A stretch of DNA of 64,000 bases, taken from the NCBI GenBank assembly GCA_030704615.1, contig CM060731.1, forward strand, positions 18,166,001 through 18,230,000, given 5' to 3'. The position numbers and the translations under genes were made by a program. The notes under the pieces are model-generated. The model did no database searches, was not told the DNA's origin, and worked only from the letters and a program-made list of their open reading frames with translations. This document shows, in pieces, positions 49,820-63,412 of this stretch. This DNA comes from Takakia lepidozioides. Lineage: Eukaryota > Plantae > Bryophyta. The number at the start of each line of letters is the position of its first letter. The stretch's first letter is position 1.

Positions 49820-52800
49820 CTAGGCATCCAATTGCTGCCCATGATGCAACCTTTCACAAATCTTTTGATAGAGGTGCCTTGTTCGGAAAAGAAGGCATGT
49901 AGCAACCCCACAACCAAAGAGACACACACAGGCCATGATAATAAAAGTGAGGCGGAAGCAGTGGGCCCCATGACATAACAAAGTCTCCGAGTCCCCCAAA
50001 CTTGCATACATTGAAGTATATACCCTCACCATGCTGAACCCCATATGAAGGTGGTGCTCCTTACTTGCCTCTTTGTCATAAAGATACCCTGCAACTCCTA
50101 CTGACAAGATGGAGGACCCAATGGGACTTGCAATCGTGATGGTGTTAAACAATGTTCCGAAGTACTTCAACCCAAAAATTTCCGAGGTTATTGCTGGCAT
50201 GAGGGACCACTGCGCCCCATAACAAAGCCCAATGATGATAATACCCACATACAGTGAGCCCCATATAGCTGATGCCATCACAAGATGTCCCACACACATG
50301 CCAACCTGCACATTGAGTTGCATGTCAGTATACCTGTTCACAAACAGCTTAAGATGTTATCATTCATCCTATAATACAGATATTTCTCGATACAAAATCT
50401 TGCTCACTATGAATGCCCTGCCCCGTCCTCAGGGACGGGGGACACAGGCTTCAATACAATGAATGATTTTTACATAACATGCAAATAAGCTAAAAGAGGG
50501 TCAACTTCGAGAAATACCAACTATTCTAAAATCTACATAAAACTGCAAGTTTTCAAATGTCCAAAGGCTTATGACTTCTAAACATGTCAAGGATGTCTTA
50601 CATACCAGCGACAGCACCAAGAACAGTGGTCTAGGAATGCCCCTGGTACGCAGGAAAAGGTCTGACACAGATCCCGCTCCAAATCGGCCAAGAAAGTTCC
50701 AGATGCTAAGCACAGAGATGAGAGTGTTGATTTCGTTTTGCAAATGACCCAGAGAGATTCCAACTTGACCAATGTTGTCCATGGCAGCTAAACCTGACCC
50801 CATTGAACATCCCATGGTCGTGACTAACAGCCAGAAGTCCAGAGATGATAGCGCTTGCACAAGTGTGTAATCCTCTCCTCTTTCACATTTGGAGCTTGAA
50901 ACATCTGGTCCTGCAAAATTGGCACATTGCACAGCACAGACAAAAATAAAATAAATAAGTTGACTCCTGCTGAAGCAAGCATAAATTATGGTGCCACGTC
51001 ACCCCAAAGGATACTTCCTTCAGTATGAAGGTGGAAACCCAACAAAAAACACTAATGCTTGGAAGTAGCCATATTCTGATTTTATGGGGGAATCGATCAG
51101 GTGGACATCACCCATAGCTTGGCTGGGACAAATCTAACATCCCTCAGAGGAACAAAATTAACCACTCATACATCGGAGTTTGAAGCATCCCATTGTTGCT
51201 CAATGATCAACACCCTTCCTCCACGAGCGGTTCAGTTTCATTTGCAGGTGTAGCAATTCATTTCCTTATCGTCCTCCACACTATCCCTTTACAATGGGCG
51301 ACCTGTGGAAGCCAGGGGGGCACCCAGTGGGCCTGCGTACAACTGCACATCTGAAAACTGCACCACTATGGCTTGGTACACAAGGTAAAGACCATAACAA
51401 AACTGTCTTTAGCTACTGGCAGGTCACTGTGTGCCCCCATGTTTTGTAACGGGTTTGATAATGGCACATCAATGATTCGTCAAGCTATGGCCAGGTTACA
51501 ATATGTCAAGGATTGTCATGTCTGGCTATTGAATTGTATCACCCACCCGACATGGTCGGGCCTACCTGTACAGATAGAACAATCCTACAGAAACCTCTCT
51601 AAGGAAACTCCCAGTTTGACAATATGCGGCACATATAGCACAGCCTTTACCACCACAGAACATGTTTTACTGCCAAACTTACTTGCAAGCATTCTCTGGT
51701 GAGAAAATTGGTGGTCTCCAGCAGAATGACTTTCTGACCAACGCAACTCGTTGTCAGCTCTCATTTGACCATCTCTAACGTCATTTGGTTCATTTACTCG
51801 TGGGAAGAAAGAAGGTTCAGCCCGAATCTCCCCAACCCTATCGTCTCCATGCGATTGTTGCAAATTTGTATGACACGCAGGACTACCCTTTTCACTATTG
51901 AACAGAGGTTCCTTGAGTGAAGCCTGCTCATCTGCTTGGACAGTTTTGAGTTCAGCACTAATGACCACTCCAACAGGTGCCAGAAGAAAAGCAAATGTGA
52001 TCAGGCACACCACCAGGCTAGATATGTGCCCTAAGTCCAGCACACTCTCCAGTATTATTACTCCCATGAGGTAAGCCGCCAGAGACACTGCAATTGCTGA
52101 GAAAATATTGAATTGGTAATCTTTCCTTCCTTCATCAGTGCGAGGTATAGGCCTTATAACTGCCATAAACAAGAGGGCTATTGAAGAAGGAAGCCATGAC
52201 ACCATCAGTAAAAATGATTGTGGACGTCCCGGATACAGTGCATAAAACGCCTGTGTCAGTATGGCACCACTGAGCCCCACCAGCCCCTGCACATAGACAT
52301 GAACACTGAAGGCAGATTTGGGAGCAGAGAGATAGAATGCACTGGTCATGGACCATTTCCAGCAAGTAGTGGGTGTTCACTTAACCTTGTCTGCAGGACA
52401 TCAACCCTCCATGAGTCAGACGTGGAGTTGTACCCACAAGGATGTGGAAAACCCAAGGCACAAGCAGTAAAACCACCAATCATCCAGGACAGGTGATTCA
52501 GTGTTGGAAGCAGGGAAACATCATGGTAGAAAAGACAGTGCTGATTCCACCGTTGCTTTCTAGCCTCCAATCGGCAAGAGATGTACTATTACCGATTAAA
52601 AAAAAAGGGAAGTAGCAGAGGGATGGTGGGAATTGGGAAGGAGAAATTCTCACCTTCATCAAACCAATGACAGTACCCCTGCTATTGGGGAAAGTTTTGA
52701 CGCAAGTCACCACCACAGTTGTGCTGAAAAACGTCATCCCATTGGTAGCCAGGCAAATGTAGGCACACATTTGCCAGAGTTTCGGTGTAGGAAGGCGACC

Positions 52801-53103
52801 GGTGACCGAGAGCCACATCAACAGGTACCCAAAAGTAGTCTCAGCTGCCCCAATGACAATGACCACCCAGGGAGGCAGCACATCATACACAAAGCCTGAT
52901 ATAATGCCTACATTGCCCCCCACACCCTTAAAGAATGCGAGTGTATCTAGAGTCTTCTGGTCATAATTCAGTTCGAGCTTGATGCTCTGAGAATATAGAC
53001 CAAAAGCGTAAGAAGCCCCTTGAAAGCTCAGAATCCACATGCCCGCCACTATCAGAAACCACCTACTTCTCAGGACCCTCCATGTAAACTTCAATGGGTC
53101 CAT
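49820..53103 (-). CDS. Nodulin-like MFS transporter (NFD4-like), about 4 exons
   Basis: GASYAFGLYSQSIKLELNYDQ, FPNSRGTVIGLMK-GLVGLSGAI, RGEDYTLVQAL..LDFWLL, SIWNFLGR, SEIFGLKYFGTLFN, AGYLYDKEA, CHGAHCF. Confidence 0.93.
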
Positions 53104-53399
53104 GTTTAGATTGAGCAGATCCACTATCGGAAATCTTCAGTGAAAGTGGCACTGGTATAGAATCTCGATGAATAGTAGGCGGAGTTGAGTGCACCTATTC
53201 ATATCTGCGCACCGTAACAGGCAGCACGCTGTACCTTTCCATGATTGACCATTCCCACATCCGTGGAGATCCTGCTTCCCCAACATCACAGACAATTCTA
53301 TGGAGAGGTCAGAACCGGTACTAACATTTTTACAGACTACATATTATGACCAAATCGTGACCATTATGTCGTAATTTGTCCTATCTATCTTCATAGATA

Positions 53400-54130
53400 G
53401 CATCCCGGCACCAATTAAGCAACTGCCTTAGTTACGCGGTGTCTCCTTACACCTGACATGAAGTTTCTCGTACCTGCTTTTGTCCCCAAGGAAGATTGGG
53501 CACGGACATACATAAGGAGGTGCTGAAGAAGAGCTGCACATCTCCGGCTTTGCAAGTCTGCCCTCGTACAAAGGATTGGGCAATCAACAATAGTAATCAA
53601 CAGAGAACCTCTAGCACAACTTCAATCTTGTCCGTATCTACCACATCAGATGTTTGGCCACGCGAAAGCTCGTAGGAATTCATCACAGACTTATTCACTA
53701 CTCACCGTCTAATGCCCAATACACCTCGACAAAGAATTCCAATCTGTGGGATCACCTCAGAATCACCTTGCGATCACGTGGAAGAGCTTCTGGCAATCAT
53801 CATGCCAGCAATTAGAGGACTTTTTTTTATGGGTGATGTAGAAACTGCGTGAGATCCTAGACATCGAGTACAGAAACAATGAATGACGCATCTTCTGAAG
53901 TAGGCTAGATCGAGTTCAGCAGCACTACATGCATGCAGCATGACGTTTGTGGGACCGTCGTAGACAAGCTGTCTGAAGACAGACTAACTTAGATGTAGGG
54001 CCCCTTTGAGGATGCCACTTGTGCGTCGAAGTATAAGGCCACGTTGCATCACGCATCCCCTCTGTGTAGGTGAGGCTACAGTCCTTGATGGATGCTGGCG
54101 GCTGATCGATCTTCAATCTGTAGCAACCCA
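53400..54130 (-). mobile_element. Degenerate CRE-like non-LTR retrotransposon C-terminus
   Basis: Collinear remnants LDVLGSH, FHVI, KIEVVL and TIVD...TRADLQSR (cf. DVVIADPTRADLxSR). Confidence 0.4.
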
Positions 54131-54548
54131 TCTTACGAATTCTGGAGTTTTAGAGCACAATTGTAAGAGGGCGTAACACACACAACCCTAAACCCCTCAC
54201 GAGAACCCACAATACTCAATTACGAGTGATCTCTTTCAGCTGAAGAGCATTTGCTTTGGAGTAGTTGAAGTGTCGAAGAAGAAAGAGAGATATGTTGTTG
54301 GGTGCTGAGCTGAAGAGATCAGAGACACGGTGGTTGGGGAGTTCGGAGCTTACGTAGCCGGCGATAAGACCAGTCTTCCGGGATGCCATGGTCTCGTTCT
54401 CTCCTACATTGTGCCCCGTTTTGTGGGCCTCCGTTGGCCCTCCCACTCGGACATTGAGTTTTCCAGCCTAGACTTTTAAGTGCGTTACGCTCGTCAATCT
54501 TGCGGGCAACCTAGATGTGCGTCTGGCTTCCATTCTGCTCGGTCTTCA

Positions 54549-57500
54549 ATGCCTGGGAATCATCTGTTGCAAACGGACTCACTATTTTCACTTCGCAACC
54601 CTCTGTTGGATTTTTGTGTATCTCTGTCTTCCATATCGTCCCTTTCTTTTCCATGTCTCTATTCTCCGAGTCGTGGAGTAGTACAATGTGTTAGTGCTTC
54701 GAACTTCTCCGTCTACGTTCCGTTCTATCAAAAGCATTCCGTCCATTTAAGGATTTTTTCTGTGGGTGCTCAGTCTCCAAATTCAGAGGATCGGAACTCG
54801 TGTGCGAATGGCAACGACAGGCGGGGATCCTCTTACAGTAGTCATCAAAGAGAGGTAAGGGAGAATAGTGGCAAGGTAATAGAGGTGGGGCAGAAGAGAG
54901 CCAACGAGGAGGAGGAAAGACAATGGACAAAGTTTAGCAAGGAGAATTTGAGAGACGCAGGAGCAAGGGCGATAGTCAATAGGAAATTCCCCTATGACGT
55001 CCAGAAACTGAAGGAATTAGAGGAAAAAGCCGCATTGTTTGAGAGAGCAAGGGCCGCCGAACAAGGATTCCAAAAGAAGAAGGGTGAATCAATCGGGGGA
55101 AATGGCTCCGAAAGACTTGATAGCAGAGGACTATCCATTGGAAGGCAGGGGAAATGGATTGGACGTCGGGGAATCTCCAATGAATCTAGGGAGGATGAAA
55201 ATAAGTACAGTGGCGAGCTGACTCCTGGAGAAAGACTACAAATATTCGAAGATTGGGCGGTGGTTAAAGTCAGGGAGGAAGGCCCCATTGCTGTGTCCAT
55301 TGTAGAAGACATGCGCCGCACATTACTTAGAGGCTCTCGTCCCCTCAACCGGGGCCGGATTCTGAGTGAGCTAAGAGAGTGGAAATCTAAGCATGGCAGA
55401 ATCAAAGAATCTAGTGGAGACCAGGATTCAAGTAGCTCTTCAACGGTTGGAGAAGCAAGCAGTGAACCAGTAAGAGCTCTTCCTAACCAAAGTCTGAGGA
55501 TTTCTGGCGCACTCACACCCCATTTTTACTGCGTTCTGAATTTTGTATTTCGTCAATTGGACAATGCTCATCCGTTGTAGTATAATGAAACGATCATAGT
55601 TGTATCAGAGATTCACGTTAAAGGATAAACAGTTCAGGAATGGATAAACTCTTCAAGAACTAACTTTCTGGAAGAGGCTCTCGCTTGATCGTTGCCGTGA
55701 TGTCTAGCATTGCCCAAGAAGCCCTGGGCAGGTGGTCAAGCCCCTGTATTCAGATAACATTATGTTCTCTATCAGTACAAGTATTTTAACTGTTGCACTG
55801 TTTCTAATTATATGCAACAGAATGCAACAGAGTTAATATCTTCCAAGGTTCAAAATTTCACACGGTTGTTTCCGTGTTGGATGGGGTTGTGTAAATATAT
55901 AGTAGATGTGCCTGTGGCACAGCCTTGGTATCATGAAAGATCAGTGAATTATCCCCGCAAACCTGAGACTACCTGCAGAAGAAATACATATTCACAGGCC
56001 ATGTTGTTACTTGCTCATGGAACTGGTACTTCCCTACCCATGGCTGAAATTTTCTTCACAGGTGTATGGGAGCTATGCTTGATAGGGCATGGCAAACGCG
56101 TCGTCTTGTTTTGTGGGGTTGTGCAAGCTGACCCTACCATTGATTGCTAGAGGTGGATGGCTCAGATTGAACAAAGATTTGTTCCTTATTTTGTAACATT
56201 GTTATTCTAGACTGTGTTAGACTAGCTGTGTGAGGACCAAATGTTGCGTTTGGGTTGTCCTGGATTTGCTCTTTGCAGGTTTTTCTATGCGGCTAAGACT
56301 TTTGAAAATTTGGGTTGTCCTGGATTTGCTTTGGACATCTTTCGGATAAGTGCGAGCATGTTGGTTATACGCATGTTTATGACTCCTTCAAAAATAGGGT
56401 TGGAAATTGCTGGAGGTTGTCATTGCTTTGCACTAACTGCACTCCAGATTTCCGTGTATCATGACATGAGTTGTCTCCTGTAGGAGAGGTGCGGTCCACT
56501 TATTGTAGTGCAGGTCAGAGATGAGGAGGAGGAAGAGGATGATTTGGGCACTGATGAAGAGGAAAAGGAAGGGGAAGAACAAGTGCGTGCCTTCCCAATT
56601 ATTGCTTCTGATGAGGAAGACAAGTATGTGGAAGAGCTGCTTGCTTACCCATGGCAGAACGATGTACCTGAAAGATATTTTACTGAACTTGAACGCAAAT
56701 ATTTCCCAGAGGAGTTCGGAGTGGACATGGAGTATGCAGAAAAGCTTGCCATTCGGAACTCAAGTGTTAGCAGTGAGCCCCTAAACATTTTGCTGCATTC
56801 AGTAAAGCCTTCAAAGACAATGGATCTGGAATCAAGTTGCTGTGACTGTCCCACTCTTGAATAAGTCACCAACAAAGGACTGGTTATTTGTCAGGGCATA
56901 TCTCATGAGCTTAGAATTTTGTAGAGTACCCAGGTGTTTACCAATAACAAGTTTTTTCTTAGTTTGTACTTGGAGGGGTGGGGAGGGCTGAATATGGCCA
57001 TGTGTGTGCTCTCTGGAGAGAGCTTGACTTGGATTTCTCTTAATTCGGTTAGGGTTGTGACCACACCACATTAGCTACCTCATGAGCTAATCTGACTCTG
57101 GATGTCATCCCAGAGCCTAAAAGGCTGAATAGGTACCTGATTTTCATACTGGTGTGATCTTTTCCTTTTCTTGCAGGGAATTATGTGCAAGAGAAACAGA
57201 AAGACGCGGAGAAAGCGGCAAGGCCAACAGGAGCTTCTCTAACTGGAGGGAGCAATCTAGCATTGCAGTCTAGACTCTCCTCGAGGAATAGTTTAAGTGT
57301 GCATATGTCACTAGCTGACAGAGATCCATTGGCAGGAGTTGAAGTGAGGCCAACTGTGGTGAAGTGGAATTCCAAGGTTCCAGAGGATTGGGATGGGCCT
57401 GGTGGTACTGTAGCGTTAATTGATAAGCCTAAAGGTGGGTCTTGTTTTCCTGGTATATGTCTGACACCCTGCAAGAGTGCACTCAATTCCTTGTGTATGA

Positions 57501-60500
57501 GTCTCTCTGTGCTTTTACCTTGGACACCCTGCATGGGCATGTCATGACAGCATCTCGAGAGCAGAGCCAGAAGCAGCTTGTTCCATCAAGAAAGTACTAG
57601 TGCAGCACATATTGTAAGTACATTCATAGAGGTCTTAAACAATATTGTAAACGGCATTGTTCCAGAAAAGCCCAATTTTCTCTTTTTCATGGATTTCCAG
57701 TTACCAAAAAAACTTGAAATTCAATATCCCCCACACCATAGGTCCAAAAATTATGAAACTGCCTCGATGTGCCCCTACACATCAAGGGCTTTCCTGTGGT
57801 ATGAAGACCCTGGGCGGAGGCCTTGCGGTTTGGGAGATCTCAACCATGAAACAAAACAAAACAAACTACCAAACTTAATATATTGATGTCTTGACAAGCC
57901 AAGGAGCAGATTCTGAAGGTACCTGAGTTTCGTTTGGCCTTTCACAACAATGATGGCTATTGTGTGGCACCTAATAGCTTGTATTTGTAGAAGCAAGTGG
58001 TACTGCATCAGGGCTGTGTCAATTGCTCCCCTCCGTCTGTCTGCTCTGTGGTATTCCTCCTCTATCCTGACCTGATTCAAGATTCTAAAGAATTGTCTTT
58101 TTGGGCCTGGTGGATGGCAGGGTGGACATCCTTTGCGGTTTGTGAGAAGCTTCGTGACATGCTGGGAATTCGAAAGGTTTTTAGCCCACCTCCACTCTTG
58201 AGATGAGATACTGAATCTTGCTTCCCCAGATGTCTGTTTCAGAAACAGCCTTGTTTAGAGGTAAAATTTTGTTGCCTTTCTGCACATCTGCATTCCATCT
58301 AGAAGCACGTCCAGGTGTTGCCTGTGAGTTGGACGTGACACTTTGAATTATTGTGAGGCTTGGGCCTTTTGGCAGATTGGCGTTGTAATGTACAGGGGTG
58401 AGGCTTAATACACTTGTTGAGTGGTCATGCCACTGATGTATCCTGTTGTCACATGCATCAGATGAGATAACTCCACATTAGAGTGACCCAGGGATGTGAT
58501 GTGTAATAGTATACTGAAAATGCAAGGTGTCGTCAGCCTGCAGCTTGCACCACCAGGTCATGGGGCGAACCCCAACATAAATTGGAGCAAGGTTTGCAGA
58601 TTACCTGCAGCAAGAGACCTTTCTGACCATGTTCATTCAGGTTGATTGCCACCTGGCTCCATGTCGAAGCCTGATAGCTTATGAGATTGAGGCGTGTGAA
58701 ATGGTCAACGACTAGCAGATTTCTTCTAGACAATTTTCATATAGGGAGAAGAGGGGACTTGGTTTGCAGGTGGGGCATGCAGGCACACTGGACCCATTGG
58801 ACACAGGGTTGCTGGTTGTGTGTGTGGGAAAGGCGACCAAGATGGTTGCCAGGTTGGTCCGCTCTGTTTCTGTTTTAGGGCATATTCTTCAGGGGGCCAT
58901 CAGATATATCAAAGCAGATAATTTCAGTTCAGCTGGGTCTGCTTATGATCATGCATTTAGTGCAGAATGAGATTAACTGTGTGGGTGCGTGTGGAGAATC
59001 TTTTTGCGTTTGTTTTGACAGCTCGTTTGCATTGTTTTGTTCTGGCAAAAATTCCAAGTTTCCAGCTGGATCTGGTAACATCAGTTAACTGCAGTGTAAG
59101 TCACAACAAAACTATGAAAGTGAAACTCATGTCACAAGTTATTGCACTAGTCTAAAAGAAGGGAAGGTGGGACTAGGTATCAAGCAACAACCAAGGTGTA
59201 CAGTGGTACGATGAGGCTTGGCGAGTTTACAGCTTCTTGTGATGCTGACACACCGGTTGGTAGCCCACTATCTCAGGAAGACACATAGACCTTAGCCTGC
59301 GAGTATCTCTAGGAGCTTGTGCAGAGGCACATTAATGAAGCTTGTGAGGCATGAATTTTATAGGATCCATGGTCTGTTTGATATATGTAGGGTGAGATTC
59401 ATGATTTCATATTCTGCAGGTTGCTATGCTTTTGGCTTGCATGAGTAGGTGGTTACATCCACCTGTCTAAAATCCTTTGTCAAAGATGAGGACTACAAAC
59501 TTTGTACTAAAACTTTATCGAAGGGTGCATGGTTGTGGTATATTGTTGCAGTGAATAGGTGGCACTTGATAAAGAGTGCCTGGGCCTGGCCAAGTAGGTG
59601 TCTTTTCTGGCAATTGTAATACCTCACAAGACCTCCTGGTCTCTGATGGAGGAGCTATGGCATTCCTCCTTCAAAGTAGGCTGCAGTACTTACATGCCAG
59701 GGTGCAATGAGCGTTTTGCGCACAGTATTGGACATGTCTTGAGTGTTGATTGGACGGTGCAGGTAACTGAAACACAGCCATGGCAACATATAGAAGATGC
59801 TGACATAGAGAGAGTGAAGCAGGCCTTTATTGGAGAGATTATGCAAGTGCCCCCAATGTTCTCAGCCATCAAGGTGAGCGTCCTTTGACTTTCTTGTTAG
59901 GATATGCATTTACTGTTTTCCCTTGTCAGTGCTAGATAACCATATAGCTGGACTATGGTAATCATGAACGTCTCATTGCCTCTCAAGTCCTCTGTAATAT
60001 TGTAAAGTGGCACCAGTTGTCTTATCTGAAGTCCTACCTATTCTATTCCCATCAGCAGTGCCAGTGCATAAGCCTGTTGTATCTGGTGGGGGGGTGGGAC
60101 TCTAAGTGGGTTTGTAGGTGGAAGGAGAACGGCTCTACCAGAAAGCAAGGCGTGGGGAGGTGATAAAACTGGCACCACGGCCTACAACTGTCTACGATTT
60201 CCAGATCAAACGCAGTATCCAAAACAGGTCATTCATAACTTCCCTCCCCCATAGACATTATAAAGTTTCATTCTGTCTCTTGTCTCCCATTGAGGAGAGC
60301 GGGAAGCACGACGCACTGCCACCCATGATGAAGTAGACGGTCTGCAACAGCACATCTTTAAGACTGCTGCCTCTATGTGGAGCTAATTTTGATTTTAGCT
60401 TGGGGCTGCTGCTGGGTGACCTTTTTCTCTCTCTTGTTGGCCTCCTGTGGACATTATGAGTTTCTTTCTTACTGCCTCTTATGGGCTCTGTGAAGTATCA

Positions 60501-61687
60501 CTGACACCACAGCTTTCTGGTCTCAGGCAAGACTTAGAATTTGTAGTGGTCTGCTCCAAGGGGACATATGTTCGATCACTTTGTGCAGACCTGGGACAGT
60601 CTCTTGACAGGTATGGCCAGTTGCCCTTCAGATATGCTGGACTGCAGCCTGACTCCTGGTCATGTGGTAAAACTGTCATGTTCTTGGCTTGCCACTCGTA
60701 CTGAAATATTTGTATGTTTTTGAGTCATTATGGAGACTTGGGAAGTTTGGTCATGCTTTTCGCGGAGGGTTGCTCTACCTGCCATTAACGTGTTTCGTGT
60801 CTTTATATTCCATAAGTAGAGCATCTAACAGATGGCCCAATGGTTAGTAAGCAGTCGTGGGTTCAAAGCCACATAGGTGTATGTTGGATGTCACCCATTA
60901 TAGCCAACCCAACTATAAAAAGGGGGTCAACGGGTCATCTAATGTGTCGGTCCTGGGGGACTTTCCAGTCCTTGGGGGAGGTTTGTGCAACTACGTTGCC
61001 CCGGTTACGGCCATTAGAAGGTTTTCACTTTCCAGATGGAGGTGATGTGACATGGCAGGAGTCAAACCTTTTTGCATAACTAGTGAGAAATGGGGATTTC
61101 GATATCATTGTTCTCTACTGCATTCTTGTACTGGCATGTTGCACCCGCCAAAAAGAGTTCATATATAAGATGCTAACAAATGAGATGGGTTTTGTTGCAG
61201 TTTTGCACACATCACAGCTCTGCAGCGAGACAATATAGGTCTCTCTCTCTCTCTCACTCTCTCTCTCTCTCTCGCCGCATTCCTTCTTCCTGCCTGGCAT
61301 CTCACAGTAGTGTGAGTTATAGATGGATACTTTTTAATTATGTGCTGGGTATATTCAACACTGTACTTTGTAGTTCCAGTCGCAGCGTGAGCACAAATCA
61401 ATATCTTCGTCCATGTGAAAACATAATAACAAACACAGTAGAATGCCTGGCAGTTTCTGTCACTAGGCTGGTGAGATGGTTGGGACAAAATACCATTGAG
61501 CCTGGGGACAATCTGTCAGAAAATGTGGATGTGCATGACGAAAGTTTGTGTGAGCAAAAGCAATCTGACAAGACACATTTTGGTTGTCATGGCAGGCCAA
61601 TTCAGCTTACATGATGCATGGCCGATCGAAGAGCTAGTGAAGCATTACAAGGAAGTGATGAGTGTCCCCAGTCGATTGATGGGCTAG
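54549..61687 (+). CDS. truB: TruB-family RNA pseudouridine synthase, probably plastid-targeted, with a long N-terminal extension
   Basis: [33 protein letters not shown] (catalytic Asp), [37 protein letters not shown], micro-exon 61201-61238 [12 protein letters not shown], final GQFSLHDAW...*. Confidence 0.9.
60822..61075 (+). mobile_element. tRNA-derived SINE candidate in a truB intron
   Basis: A-box TGGCCCAATGG (60833), B-box GGTTCAAAGCC (60860), T-run end, imperfect flanking repeat cataagtag/cataactag. Confidence 0.55.
61240..61273. repeat. (CT)n microsatellite directly after a truB micro-exon donor
   Basis: Seen directly. Confidence 0.9.
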
Positions 61688-62225
61688 TTCAAGGGCACTT
61701 AAGATCATGTCACACTTCCAAGCTTGATTAGAGCTTCTTTCCCAAGAAGTGCTTTAAAGAATTTTAATAGAAACATATGAAATTAAGACTGCATATTTTG
61801 GAAAGTGTATAGCTACAAAAATGTTATAATTTAATGGTCAAGTTTTGTGCGTTGAAAATCTGTGGCCTTCAATTTAGACCTTCAACCAAACATGTTCTCC
61901 GCAAGTTTATTTTTTTGGAAACAATAGGATTGTTGCAAGAACTGAGTGCAAGCTGCCAGGTCTGCTGTGGCCTCACAGTCCAGGGTGCTGCAGAGAACTC
62001 TGTGCAGTAAAACAAATACTTTCATGATTAAGAAAAACCTAATTCTGATGAGCAATTTTCTATAACTTCATCAAAAAACTTGTATTGATTTACTTTTGCT
62101 TTTGCAGGAGGAGGATAAGCCTTGGCCAACTAATTATAGTTAGTCTCCCTCGGTTAAGAACATTTTAGAAAAATTAATTAGTGCTGATTAAGATCTGGTG
62201 ACCCACCCATAGTTTCTTTTTCTTC

Positions 62226-62673
62226 TTAACCCTTAAGTTCCCAAGCCCGTTTTGGACTTTTTACCAATTTTGGGTACCCAGCTGCAGTAAATTACCCCTA
62301 GATTCGTACCAAAAATCATCCAGAGATTCCAGCCTTATAGCAGTGGGCCCAGCTCATTTATGCATGACATACCAAAAAATGAGCCAAGTCCACAGTGGAA
62401 ATTGTGAGATTATAACGGTGGCCCAGACCTCAAATATCAGGTCCCAAAGAAAAAGTGAGAAAGAAATTGGTTTGACCAAATCAAAACCAAATCAAATCAA
62501 TTCAAACCAAATCAATTAGCTTTTGTTTTTTCTCAATTTTGTTATTACTCCAGACAAATCCATTGTCATTAAAGCTTCAGGAGTGGGCCCCATCAGATTA
62601 GATCTGCAAAAATTTGGTCGAACTGCAAATTCAAAGTGACCTGATTCAGGTCGCTTGGGAACTTAAGGGTTAA
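62226..62673. mobile_element. piggyBac-type non-autonomous element (440 bp)
   Basis: TTAA|CCCTTAAGTTCCCAAGC ... GCTTGGGAACTTAAGGG|TTAA. Perfect 17-bp TIR (62230-62246, 62653-62669) starting with CCC, flanked by TTAA. Confidence 0.75.
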
Positions 62674-63344
62674 AACTGCTTGACTTAAATTTGATGGTGT
62701 GAGTGGTGTCCCCTTGGGTGCAGATATCTTGTCATGATTTTAATCATGGTTAGCTAGAAATAGTTATTGTTAGTTAATAATTAGTTAGGACAATATATAT
62801 CATAAATGTATTTGTTGATGTTGGGACTTCATTGGTTCCATATATTAAATGAGATGACGAACCTCACTTGAGATGTGGAGTGGGTTTTTCCCATGTGTGA
62901 GTTGGGAAGACTCCCACGTCCAACAAACGCCTCTAAAAGAGTTTCAATTGCATTATTCTTCTTTCATTTCACTTCCATTTTTGTTAGGGCATAACTTTCT
63001 AGGGGAAAAAAAACAAAATAAAAAAAAATTCTAGGATGGTACATGTGCTAGGAAATATGGCTAGATAGCGATGTATGTTGTGCCACAATGCTTAGGTGCA
63101 TGAGATTCTTAATGGTTACTAAAGAAAAAACCCAAACGGAGAGTGAGGATTTGAATCTAAGAAGATGACATAAATGTATAATGTGTTGTTATCTGTAATT
63201 AATCGAGAAGGCAACTCAGTAGCCTCCCCTCTGCTTCCAATAGCAACTTGCTCATGAGGCCAGACTTATTAAGATTAGCCTGGACTTGAGTTGCCTTTCT
63301 CATCAATGGAAGGGAGATTTATACAATTCTACCTTACCTAACAT

Positions 63345-63412
63345 GGAAGCAAGATTTGAACCCAAAGTCACCTGGGTGGCACTCACTGCTCTATCCAAGT
63401 ACGCTACCCACT
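63345..63412 (-). mobile_element. tRNA-like SINE head or pseudo-tRNA (Gly-GCC-like)
   Basis: GGGTAGCGTACTTGG (A box)...GTGCCAC...GGGTTCAAATC (B box). The stems do not pair as a proper cloverleaf. Confidence 0.45.

Noticed and set aside
56249-56331. 22-bp direct repeat spaced 60 bp apart in a truB intron
   Set aside because: An ordinary local duplication with two copies only.
62768-62925. Solo LTR (TGTT...CAACA)
   Set aside because: No matching TSD, PBS or PPT.
63345-63412. Functional tRNA gene
   Set aside because: The acceptor and anticodon stems do not pair.
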